Assembly: GCF_003231495.1 (NCBI RefSeq)
Contig: NZ_PQWO01000003.1
Coordinates: 300,001-332,000 of the forward strand
Reading direction: 5' to 3'
DNA length: 32,000 bases
From: Acaryochloris thomasi RCC1774
GTDB taxonomy: Bacteria; Cyanobacteriota; Cyanobacteriia; Thermosynechococcales; Thermosynechococcaceae
Each line of letters opens with the position of its first letter. The stretch's first letter is position 1. Under the pieces are notes generated by a model that was given only the letters and a program-made list of their open reading frames with translations, had not been told where the DNA came from and made no database searches. Of the stretch, positions 10,674 to 18,575 are shown one piece after another. A program made the translations under genes and the position numbers.

Positions 10674-11711
10674 TTAGCGCTGCGGAAGCGGAAACAACAG
10701 TAGGCTACCGTCAAACTGACCTGCGGGATCCTGAGTAAATCGCCAGTATTGCTGATACTGATCGAGAAAATTCTGTCCCAGAATGCCGTCAACCCCTAAC
10801 ACTGAAAGAATTGAAGAAGAGGATAAGACAATCGTGTCTAAATCAGACTGCCAGTGATTCTGGAGCTGCACAGATTTGAGCTGCGAGGCTTGAGCCTCTT
10901 CTATACCGCAGAAGCCGCGAATCTGAATGGGCCGATAACCGGCTGCATCTAGATTCGCCTGCAGAGCAACATCAGGAGAGATGAAGGTGCTGTCTGCCGC
11001 TGTATCAAGCAAAAAGGTAAACGGACCTCGATCATTCACTTGCACCTGAGCCAGCATGACACCCAGCTTTTCTTGCAGAGGAACGGCACGAGATCGCCAC
11101 TCAGGTGGAAGTGGGGTAGCCGGACGGAGCTGTAAAGACTGCTGCTGAGGATTGAGTTGCAAATCGAAGAACTTCAGCACGTCCATGCCGAGGACCCCAG
11201 AGAGTGCATCTGGAATCACGGTGCTGTTAAACTTCAGAGTGCTCAGCCCTTGCACTTGAACACCCTGCATTGAGAGCTGCGGTAGCTGGTAGAGATTAGC
11301 CTTGAGGTCAGGACAATCATCTCCGGCCACGGCCAGATCTAGGCGCTCTTGGGGAACGGGTCTTCCCTGGAGCTGAAGCTGCTGTACTGTTGCGGCTGTC
11401 ACCATCGAGGTTGAGGCACCGGTATCCAACAGGAAGCGTCCGCGGTAGTTGCCCAAGCTAACGGGAACGGTATAAACCCTCGTTCCTGTAAGGGGCTGGA
11501 GGGAGAGCACCGCACTGCCCTGGGTTTGCGGGGGAGGTACGTTTAGGCCCTGAAGCTGCACAATCGCCCGGAGCGGTAGTTCGCGTTGAGAGGACGGCAC
11601 TGCGGTGCGTTGTTCAGAACGTTGCGCTAAGGCCGCTCCACCGGTCCATGCCCCTAGGGGAAAGCTCCAGGCCAAGCTGATTAGCAGTGTTTGCAGCCGT
11701 TGATAGTTCAT
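10674..11711 (-). CDS. Secreted protein with two retropepsin-like aspartic protease domains
   Basis: 345 aa with a signal peptide (LISLAWSFPLGAWTGGAALAQ). Two clan-AA active-site loops are present: FLLDTGASTSMV and FLLDTAADSTFI. Confidence 0.8.
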   Translation of the reverse strand: MNYQRLQTLLISLAWSFPLGAWTGGAALAQRSEQRTAVPSSQRELPLRAIVQLQGLNVPPPQTQGSAVLSLQPLTGTRVYTVPVSLGNYRGRFLLDTGASTSMVTAATVQQLQLQGRPVPQERLDLAVAGDDCPDLKANLYQLPQLSMQGVQVQGLSTLKFNSTVIPDALSGVLGMDVLKFFDLQLNPQQQSLQLRPATPLPPEWRSRAVPLQEKLGVMLAQVQVNDRGPFTFLLDTAADSTFISPDVALQANLDAAGYRPIQIRGFCGIEEAQASQLKSVQLQNHWQSDLDTIVLSSSSILSVLGVDGILGQNFLDQYQQYWRFTQDPAGQFDGSLLLFPLPQR

Positions 11712-11827
11712 GGATTAATATCGCTTTCCACCTTTTTTGAGGCGGTCTTTTAATCTAGTTTAGGAGAGCCGCGACGCTGATTGCCTCGGTTCTCTCCGCG
11801 CTCAAAAGTCCCTTAAAATCAAGATCT

Positions 11828-12778
11828 ATGACGGAATTCTGCTACCGACTCACGGAAGATTCAGGCCAGCGTTTAGATCGGTGGCTGGCGGGTCAATCTG
11901 AGATTTCGCGTTCACATCTCCAGCGCCTGATCGAGCAGGGCCATGTTCAGGTCAATCAGCAGGTTTGCCAATCAAAGAAGCATCTGCTGCAGGTCGGAGA
12001 TCAGGTGCTTGTTACCCTGCCAGAACCGGAACCGCTCAGCCTGGAGCCAGAGGCCATTCCGCTGGATATTTTGTACGAGGATGATCATTTTCTGATCGTC
12101 AACAAGCCGGTGGGGTTAGTGGTTCATCCCGCGCCGGGACACGCGACCGGAACCCTTGTTCATGCGCTCTTGGCCCACTGTCAAAAACCTGACGGCACGA
12201 CGTCTTTGTCGGGGATTGGCGGCGTGGAGCGGCCCGGAATTGTGCACCGGTTGGATAAAGATACGACGGGGGTGATTGCGATCGCAAAAACCGATCAGGC
12301 CCACCATCACCTACAGGCCCAGATTGCAGCTCGAACCGCGAAGCGAGAATATTTAGCCGTCGTCTACGGACAGCCCAGTACAGACTCAGGCAAAATCGAT
12401 CGTCCCATCGGTCGGCATCCCGTCGATCGAATCAAAATGGCAATTATTCCCGAAGAAGAGGGAGGCCGAAGCGCGGTCACCCACTGGCAGGTGAGAGAAC
12501 GACTCGGTAACTATGCGTTGATGCATTTTCAGTTAGAGACAGGCCGAACCCATCAGATTCGCGTTCACTGCGCGGATCAAGGCTGGCCGATTATTGGTGA
12601 TCCCCTTTACAGTCGCGGGAAATCAGTCGGGGTGAATTTGCCAGGGCAAGCGCTCCATGCATGGCAGTTAACTCTGCAGCATCCGGTAACAGTCGAGGAG
12701 ATTCAGGTACAAGCACCCTTGCCAGAAACCTTTGCTAAGCTGCTGCGGCGATTAAAAATATACATGGATGGTCTCTAA
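11828..12778 (+). CDS. rluD: RluA-family 23S rRNA pseudouridine synthase (RluD-like)
   Basis: 316 aa. N-terminal S4 domain (RLDRWLA), catalytic motif GIVHRLDKDTTGVIAIAK, and HQIRVH near the C-terminus. Confidence 0.9.
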   Translation: MTEFCYRLTEDSGQRLDRWLAGQSEISRSHLQRLIEQGHVQVNQQVCQSKKHLLQVGDQVLVTLPEPEPLSLEPEAIPLDILYEDDHFLIVNKPVGLVVHPAPGHATGTLVHALLAHCQKPDGTTSLSGIGGVERPGIVHRLDKDTTGVIAIAKTDQAHHHLQAQIAARTAKREYLAVVYGQPSTDSGKIDRPIGRHPVDRIKMAIIPEEEGGRSAVTHWQVRERLGNYALMHFQLETGRTHQIRVHCADQGWPIIGDPLYSRGKSVGVNLPGQALHAWQLTLQHPVTVEEIQVQAPLPETFAKLLRRLKIYMDGL

Positions 12779-12841
12779 AATGTCTATTTGCTGCATGTTG
12801 TGAGTACGCTTTAATTACTTAAAGAGGCCCAGAGTGCTGAT

Positions 12842-13015
12842 ATGCCGGGAGGAAAGTTATATAAACACGGTCGTGCTGTTCATATAACAGTACCCGCTAT
12901 GTTCAAGCCGTGGGTTGAAAAGTTGGTGCGAGCTGTCGACGAAGACCCGCAACCCGAATATTTGATGGAAACCCTCAATCGCGTGGCGGGGGTAAAAGAA
13001 GATGCAGAAAGCTGA
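12842..13015 (+). CDS. Possible small protein, 57 aa (below the ORF-track cutoff)
   Basis: Own translation: MPGGKLYKHGRAVHITVPAMFKPWVEKLVRAVDEDPQPEYLMETLNRVAGVKEDAES. An AAGAGG sequence lies 14 nt upstream. Composition looks coding. No family recognised. Confidence 0.3.
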   Translation: MPGGKLYKHGRAVHITVPAMFKPWVEKLVRAVDEDPQPEYLMETLNRVAGVKEDAES

Positions 13016-13070
13016 ACCCAACGGTAATGGCCTGTTTCAGCAAAAGTGATGCAGCAACGGAGCAAGTCAA

Positions 13071-13340
13071 TTGACCAACGAAGAATTCAACGCACAGATT
13101 GAGCAAATGCTAGCCGTTCAGCGTCAGATTCAAGAGTCTGATCTGCAGTGCCAGCAGGAGCTGCGAATCATGGAGCGTACAACTCAAGGATTGGTCCGTA
13201 CAACGGATAATCTGCTTCGTGCAGCCCAGAGTGGCAATGAGCGGTTAGACCACCTCGAAATAATTGTTGCCTCTTTAGCAAGGTCTGCTCAAGCCCATAT
13301 CGATGACGGCGATCGCCACCTTCCCCAAAACGATGCGTAA
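13071..13340 (+). CDS. Hypothetical coiled-coil protein, 89 aa
   Basis: TTG start with GGAG 8 nt upstream; an alternative ATG is at 13107. The sequence is heptad-like and Q/E/R-rich. No family recognised. Confidence 0.4.
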   Translation: MTNEEFNAQIEQMLAVQRQIQESDLQCQQELRIMERTTQGLVRTTDNLLRAAQSGNERLDHLEIIVASLARSAQAHIDDGDRHLPQNDA

Positions 13341-13373
13341 AACTCGACGGTAGCAATTAATCTTTGAGATATT

Positions 13374-13655
13374 TCAGTATATGAATGGCAAGAGCCTCCA
13401 AGTTTTTTCTGAATAAACTTCGTACTGTTTGCCATACTTAGCTTTTAGCATTTCTTCCTCTGCTTGGATGCGATAAACATGTGAGAGTGCTCCGACGACC
13501 ATAATGGCTGCTAGCACTATCCAATTAGAGACCGCCAAGCCTGCACCGATTTCCACTAAAGACATGCCTAGATATCCAGGATGCCGAACAACTAAGCTCA
13601 GCGGAGTTAGGCTTTTACGCTGGATGGTCAAAACTCCAACTACTTCATGCCTCAA
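13374..13655 (-). pseudogene. C-terminal fragment of an ICMT/PEMT-family membrane methyltransferase
   Basis: Contains VVRHPGYLGMSLVEIG and AEEEMLKAKYGKQYEVYSEKTWRLLPFIY, the RHPxYxG and EEExL..FG..Y..Y...R..P signatures. It has no credible start of its own: only a TTG that overlaps the DinB-family gene's stop codon. Confidence 0.65.
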
Positions 13656-14323
13656 TCCCTGGTAAAAAAGGTAAATCCGTCGTTCCCATATCTAATCCAA
13701 TTTGGGAGAGTAGTGTCGTAATTTGACCTCGGTGATGAGTCTCATGATTAAACATATGCGTTATGAGAACCCAATTTTCTACTGTTCTTATTTTTTTATC
13801 TACTTTACTTGTATAGGTTGTTGTAGATCGTAGCCACTCATGATCTAATGCAGAAGCCCATCCAACTATTCTTTGATCAAGATCAATTCTTGCTTTGAAT
13901 AGGGTATCAAAATCGTCGTACAACAAAACGCCCATCTCTGGCACTACTGATGGCTCACCCGTAAAACGAGAAAGAAATGCCAAATCACCGTAAATAATGT
14001 GATTTAGTGTGGCATGGATTGATTTGAAGAATGCACCTTTATCAGATTTTCGTTCTTTATCGTTTATCTTGGCACAGACTTCATAGAGCCGCTTATTCAT
14101 CCATTGATTATATTGCGCCATCTTCTCACAGTAGGCTGAGTCAATCATAAACGAACTCCAAGAATAAAATGCAATTTATCTAACTCACGGCCGAACAAGC
14201 GGTTACTTGATATACCTTTCTAGACATCGTCATATCAATACAATTGGCATTCATTTACTTATTCACCGTAATCGCAAAATCAAATTTTCAGATTTACAAT
14301 AGCCCTGCTGTAAAAAGCCTAAC
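13606..14323 (-). mobile_element. Putative inserted low-GC cassette bounded by an 11-bp perfect inverted repeat; carries the DinB-family gene and no transposase
   Basis: GTTAGGCTTTT (13606..13616) and AAAAGCCTAAC (14313..14323) are exact reverse complements. They sit at the two break points of the split methyltransferase gene. Hand-counted G+C inside is about 34-38%, against about 55% in the neighbouring gene. Confidence 0.4.
13645..14148 (-). CDS. DinB-family (DinB/YfiT-like four-helix-bundle metalloenzyme) protein; not DNA polymerase IV
   Basis: 167 aa. It shows the three-His pattern typical of PF05163: HATLNHIIYGD...FNHETHHRGQITTLL. ATG start with GGAG 7 nt upstream. Confidence 0.85.
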   Translation of the reverse strand: MIDSAYCEKMAQYNQWMNKRLYEVCAKINDKERKSDKGAFFKSIHATLNHIIYGDLAFLSRFTGEPSVVPEMGVLLYDDFDTLFKARIDLDQRIVGWASALDHEWLRSTTTYTSKVDKKIRTVENWVLITHMFNHETHHRGQITTLLSQIGLDMGTTDLPFLPGIEA

Positions 14324-14680
14324 GAGACTGTAGGGAGCTTTATCAATGATTTGCTGCTCTTCAATTGTTTGTAATGTCCGCGTGTAGAATTTACCAAGTG
14401 TCTTAGCAGCCCAGTATCGTAAGCTAAGGCCACCCAGCATGACTACAACTCCTATCCAGTCGATGTATTTGCCGTTCCAATCGCCAATTTGAATAGCGTT
14501 CAGAATGGAAGCAAGTAACGCCAAGAGAATACTGAGTAGACCACTAATCCAGAGGATTCTCGAACTACCCTGGTCAGATTCACTCGGCTGGAGGCTAAGG
14601 GCTTTCTCCCCCTTCCTTAGCAACCGTTCGATGATGAAGTAACAGACGATTAAAAGGTATGCCAGTACAGTTGTCGTCAT
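14294..14680 (-). pseudogene. N-terminal fragment of an ICMT/PEMT-family membrane methyltransferase
   Basis: 128 aa with three hydrophobic helices. The stretch LRYWAAKTLGKFYTRTLQTIEEQQIIDKAPYSLVR ends exactly where the RHPxYxG motif should begin, followed by 6 unrelated codons and a stop. Confidence 0.65.
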
Positions 14681-14688
14681 AGCGATTC

Positions 14689-16260
14689 CTATTTTTCGTA
14701 CTCTTCCTCTGAAATAAGTTCTGCTGTCTCTATCTCTAGGGGCTGTTCAGACCAAGGCTGGAGCGCACGTCCAAAGCTCTTGGGGAGCTGAGTAATGGCA
14801 TCCTGAATGAATTTTTTCACAAATTGATCGCGGCGGTTGAGCTGAAACTGCTGCTGTACCACCTCTGCCATGCCGCCATCACCCCAGTCCTGGTCATTGC
14901 GGAAGTATTCAATAAAGCTATTGCCCGCAATCCGAGTGAGGTAGGCGGTACTGATGCTCTGCACCGTTTTACCTAAGACATAACCCGCCACGCTGAACTC
15001 CAAGGCTCGCGTCACGACAGAAAGGACGCCTTTGACGATTCCCAGCCCTCCTAAGGTTTTGGCGAGGGAGCGGGCCAGCTCTTTGCCTTCTTCCTTGGAC
15101 AGTTCACAGCCGTAGACCTTGGCGATTTCGATCACCATTTGAGCGTTGACGGCGGCAGCGGCCAACAGGTCAATCACGATGGGGGTGGCCCAAATCACCC
15201 CGGCTCCAATCCACTGGAAGCGTTCTACCACTTTCTCCGCACGGCCCTGACGCTCTTGGGCAATTAGATCGCGCGCTTCCGTGCTCAGTCGCTGGGACTG
15301 GAGCAGAATGTTATCGGCCAGTAGGTCGTCGCCTTCCTCGTGCAGAATGGTGCCCAATCGCTGCAGCAGAGAGCACAAATCAGGCTCTGGCTCCAGTCCT
15401 TCGCCGTTGGCAAGCTGCAGGGGCTGAGGAGCAGCCGAGATAGCCACAATATCTTCTGGGGAGAGGCGGGTGCGATCGCAAAGCACCTTCAACACAGTCT
15501 CTTGATCCGCTGCTGAGTAACGATCCGTTTTGTTGAACACCAGCAACAGCCGTTTACCCATCTCCTCTAAGGAGCTGAGGGGTTGATATTCCGATTGAGT
15601 GAGGTCGCCATCTACTACAAACAGCAGCAGATCAGCCTCCGTCGCTAGCTTGCGAGCCGCCTGTTCCCGAGCCGTACCCATGATCCCTGGCTCTAGGAGT
15701 CCCGGCGTATCGGTGATCAGCAACTCTCGATCAAGGCGGGGCAAATAGCAGCTATAGGTCTCTCCCACCTCAGTTGTGCCAATAGTGGGACCCACCTGAC
15801 CGGCGATCCGACCCATCAAAGCATTGACTAGAGACGTTTTACCCGCAGATCCGACACCAAACACCACCAGCTTGAGCTGTCTGCGAGATAGATCTTGAGC
15901 AATATTTCGCGTTTGAGACAGCAGCACTTCCCGCGCCACCTGATCTTCAATTTGCTGAATTTGCTGCCGGATCGCCCGCAGATTTTCCACTGCTGCCGCA
16001 GATTTCTGGGCCGGAACCTGAGGCGGTTGTCGTTGCTGCCGAGGCTCTTTTTTGCGACTAAAAACCCAGACATAGTAAGCCAAAGCTCCGATTAAGGCCA
16101 GAAATAGACCAATCAGGAGCAGCAGCAATAAATTCGCCAAAAAGGGAGAGGTGTAAAAAACGGATCGATAGAGCCACAGTAGCGAACTCACGAGCCACAC
16201 CATCAGCCCTAAAATGACAGCAATCCCTAGAATTAAAAGCGGTAAGCGCGGTAAGCGCAT
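14689..16260 (-). CDS. Membrane-anchored P-loop GTPase with a C-terminal DUF697-like hydrophobic domain
   Basis: 523 aa. Two N-terminal TM helices and a coiled-coil linker. GTPase motifs: G1 GVGSAGKTSLVNAL, G3 DTPG, G4 NKTD. The C-terminal region has hydrophobic helices (WIGAGVIWATPIVIDLLAAAAV). Confidence 0.85.
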   Translation of the reverse strand: MRLPRLPLLILGIAVILGLMVWLVSSLLWLYRSVFYTSPFLANLLLLLLIGLFLALIGALAYYVWVFSRKKEPRQQRQPPQVPAQKSAAAVENLRAIRQQIQQIEDQVAREVLLSQTRNIAQDLSRRQLKLVVFGVGSAGKTSLVNALMGRIAGQVGPTIGTTEVGETYSCYLPRLDRELLITDTPGLLEPGIMGTAREQAARKLATEADLLLFVVDGDLTQSEYQPLSSLEEMGKRLLLVFNKTDRYSAADQETVLKVLCDRTRLSPEDIVAISAAPQPLQLANGEGLEPEPDLCSLLQRLGTILHEEGDDLLADNILLQSQRLSTEARDLIAQERQGRAEKVVERFQWIGAGVIWATPIVIDLLAAAAVNAQMVIEIAKVYGCELSKEEGKELARSLAKTLGGLGIVKGVLSVVTRALEFSVAGYVLGKTVQSISTAYLTRIAGNSFIEYFRNDQDWGDGGMAEVVQQQFQLNRRDQFVKKFIQDAITQLPKSFGRALQPWSEQPLEIETAELISEEEYEK

Positions 16261-16269
16261 AGACAGTCC

Positions 16270-16677
16270 CTAAGGGAGAAACTTTGCCAGACGACTAACG
16301 CCAGGAATTTCAGGTGGCTTCCGCTGCCAAACACGCACCATCAACCACAGCATCGTCATGAAGTAGCTAGAGGTAAAAACGCTGTTAATGACGAGTAAAG
16401 ACAGACCCGTTCCTGATGCACCGCTTTCGCTGGCAAAGACGAAGCCAGTATTGAGCGTCAAAATTCCCAGTCCCCACAGTAGACCCAGAGCAATCGCTAA
16501 TCGACTGACAGACCTGCTTTTGCGATCGCTTTGCCGACGTGTCAAAGACCAAGCCGCAGGCACCACGCCAAAAACCGGAATTAAGTATACAAACAACAAC
16601 GTTCGTTTAAGAGTGGAATTATCAAAGGCTTCGCGGGGATCTTCCATCGCGCCAAACGGGATTAACTTTATCCCCAT
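16270..16677 (-). CDS. Small polytopic membrane protein, 135 aa
   Basis: I prefer the internal ATG at 16677 (MGIKLIPFGAMED...) over the ORF-track start at 16812, because that start would overlap the upstream GNAT gene by 134 nt. Three to four hydrophobic helices. No family recognised. Confidence 0.6.
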   Translation of the reverse strand: MGIKLIPFGAMEDPREAFDNSTLKRTLLFVYLIPVFGVVPAAWSLTRRQSDRKSRSVSRLAIALGLLWGLGILTLNTGFVFASESGASGTGLSLLVINSVFTSSYFMTMLWLMVRVWQRKPPEIPGVSRLAKFLP

Positions 16678-16678
16678 C

Positions 16679-17152
16679 CTAGCTTGTCTCTGTGATCCCT
16701 TTGCTGGGACGGTGCATGAAGTGCACTGGTAGCTGAAGCCGTTGGCCCAGCGCCGAGAGTGCAAACTTGCGCTTGAGGCTCTGAGGAAGATCGGACCAAG
16801 AGACCGCGACAAAACCGAACGGTGTATAAAATTCAGCTAGCTTATCCCCTAAACATTCTATATACAACGATGATGTGGCCTGCTCAATTAGCCACTGTGT
16901 CAAAAATGAGCCAATCCCTTGTCCTCGCCATGCCGAAGCAACCACCAAGCTGCCTAACTCCTGCGCCTCGGCAAAGTGCCGGAGCTGCCCACAGGCAATG
17001 ATTTCCTGCTGATGCTCAACGACCCAAAACTGAGTCCAGCGCAGTTGTGTGGGATCAAGAAGAGCATAAAGAACCAGCTTACGGATTCTCCAGATATCCT
17101 GGGCCGTGGCTGAGCGCACTTCACACCCCGATGAAAGTTTAGGGATTTGCAT
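16679..17152 (-). CDS. GNAT-family N-acetyltransferase
   Basis: 157 aa. Acetyl-CoA binding motif A is present: LVVASAWRGQGIGSFLTQWLIEQA. Confidence 0.85.
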   Translation of the reverse strand: MQIPKLSSGCEVRSATAQDIWRIRKLVLYALLDPTQLRWTQFWVVEHQQEIIACGQLRHFAEAQELGSLVVASAWRGQGIGSFLTQWLIEQATSSLYIECLGDKLAEFYTPFGFVAVSWSDLPQSLKRKFALSALGQRLQLPVHFMHRPSKGITETS

Positions 17153-17228
17153 TACGACGTTCAGAGATTTTGATGATTTTTCCCAAGTTGCGCTACTTTA
17201 GACTGTAGCAGCCCAAGTTTAGGCGCGT

Positions 17229-17501
17229 ATGAACAATCTACTCCCTTTGCCAGGAATGAAAAATTGTGCGATCGCAATTCTGCGTCCACAAACCTTTGAC
17301 GAAACCGCCCGTGCCGTCGAAGCGCTCAAAACCGGAACAATCATCTTACTGAACTTCGCAGATCTTGCCAGCGATAAAGCCCAGCGCTTTCTCGACTTTG
17401 CCGCTGGCAGCACCTGTGCATTGTCAGGACATCATCAAGCCATTGGACGGGGCGTTTTTCTATTTGCTCCTCCCACCGTAGAAATTACAACAAAGGTCTA
17501 G
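17229..17501 (+). CDS. sepF: SepF-like (DUF552) cell-division protein, core domain only
   Basis: 90 aa. ILRPQTFDETARAVEALKTGTIILLNFADLASDKAQRFLDFAAGSTCALSGHHQAIGRGVFLFAPPTVEI follows the SepF C-terminal domain pattern. Confidence 0.7.
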   Translation: MNNLLPLPGMKNCAIAILRPQTFDETARAVEALKTGTIILLNFADLASDKAQRFLDFAAGSTCALSGHHQAIGRGVFLFAPPTVEITTKV

Positions 17502-17520
17502 GGTTGCCCCTAGACCTTTG
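17491..17520. terminator. Strong hairpin between the convergent sepF-like and rplL genes
   Basis: CAAAGGTCTAGGG-TTGC-CCCTAGACCTTTG forms a 13-bp perfect stem with a 4-nt loop. It overlaps the sepF-like stop codon and lies 77 nt downstream of rplL. Confidence 0.7.
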
Positions 17521-17596
17521 CTCTGCATCCCTATACGCTAGCGGCAGGGGACCAATGAAGATGGCCGGAACAATTCCGACCATTATGTGATCATCT

Positions 17597-17986
17597 CTAC
17601 TTGAGAGCGACCTTAGCGCCAGCCTCTTCAAGCGTTTTCTTCGCTTCCTCAGCGTCGTCCTTAGAAGTTCCTTCTTTGATAGCCTTAGGAGCTGACTCCA
17701 CAATTTCCTTCGCCTCTTTGAGACCCAGACCCGTGAGAGAGCGAACGACCTTGAGAATCGCAATTTTCTTGTCGCTAGGAACTTCTTCCAGAACGACATC
17801 AAATTCAGTTTTCTCCTCAGCCTCTTCAGCAGCACCGCCACCGGCAGCAGGAGCCATCATCATGCCACCGACAGGTGCAGCAGCACTGACGCCAAAGGCT
17901 TCTTCAATCTCTTTAACTAAATCAGCTGCCTCTAACAGCGTTAAAGATTTTAGCTTCTCTAGAATTTCTTCAGTTGCAGCAGACAT
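17597..17986 (-). CDS. rplL: 50S ribosomal protein L7/L12
   Basis: 129 aa. [33 protein letters not shown]..., an Ala/Gly hinge, and a C-terminal KEAKEIVE...[11 protein letters not shown]. Confidence 0.97.
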   Translation of the reverse strand: MSAATEEILEKLKSLTLLEAADLVKEIEEAFGVSAAAPVGGMMMAPAAGGGAAEEAEEKTEFDVVLEEVPSDKKIAILKVVRSLTGLGLKEAKEIVESAPKAIKEGTSKDDAEEAKKTLEEAGAKVALK

Positions 17987-18047
17987 AGATATTACTCCAG
18001 TTCAAAATGTATAGGTTAAAACGTGTGGGTTAAAAACGTAGAGCAAT

Positions 18048-18575
18048 CTACGATTCTTCTTTGTCAACATAAGCCTGCAGACCACGCGCCACAGAAGAGG
18101 GAACCTCTTTGATTCCGACCGCAATCTTGGTTGTGACCGCGTTGAGAGCACCGGCAATTTGCCCCATAAGCTCTTCTTTCGACGGTAGATCACCAATTGC
18201 TTTAACATCGCTTTCGGTTAAAACTTGTCCGTCTAAGACGCCACCGCGCAGCACCGACTTCTTCGTTTCTTTTTGGAAACCTTGATAGGCTTTAATCGCG
18301 CTACCAAAATCCTCTTTAAGCAGCAAAAATGCCGAAGACTCTGTCAAAAATTCTGACAGATGTTGCCAGTCATCACTACCCTCAATTGCTTTACGCATTA
18401 GAGTATTTTTCGTCACCTTACAGCTTGCACCAGAAGGGCGAATACGGTTCCGCAAATCTGTGATTTCAGCAACAGAGAGGCCTCTGTAGTCAATCACGAC
18501 TGCCATCTGCGTGTCATCGAGCTGAGTCTGCAAGTCTGCGACGATCGCCTGTTTGTTCTCTAGGGTTCTACCCAT
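18048..18575 (-). CDS. rplJ: 50S ribosomal protein L10
   Basis: 175 aa. MGRTLENKQAIVADLQTQLDDTQMAVVIDYRGLSVAEITDLR is a typical L10 sequence. Located between rplA and rplL. Confidence 0.97.
   Translation of the reverse strand: MGRTLENKQAIVADLQTQLDDTQMAVVIDYRGLSVAEITDLRNRIRPSGASCKVTKNTLMRKAIEGSDDWQHLSEFLTESSAFLLLKEDFGSAIKAYQGFQKETKKSVLRGGVLDGQVLTESDVKAIGDLPSKEELMGQIAGALNAVTTKIAVGIKEVPSSVARGLQAYVDKEES

Noticed and set aside
10583-10738. 51-codon plus-strand ORF (MLSLFDQKLFWKALTEIGWFGLHEM...)
   Set aside because: It overlaps the 3' end of the well-supported protease gene by 65 nt in the convergent orientation. I found no ribosome-binding site and recognise no family.
17485-18014. Track ORFs 17485..17841 (-) and 17601..18014 (+), both long and Arg/Ser/Ala-rich
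   Set aside because: They are alternative-frame or antisense shadows of rplL, which is unambiguous.
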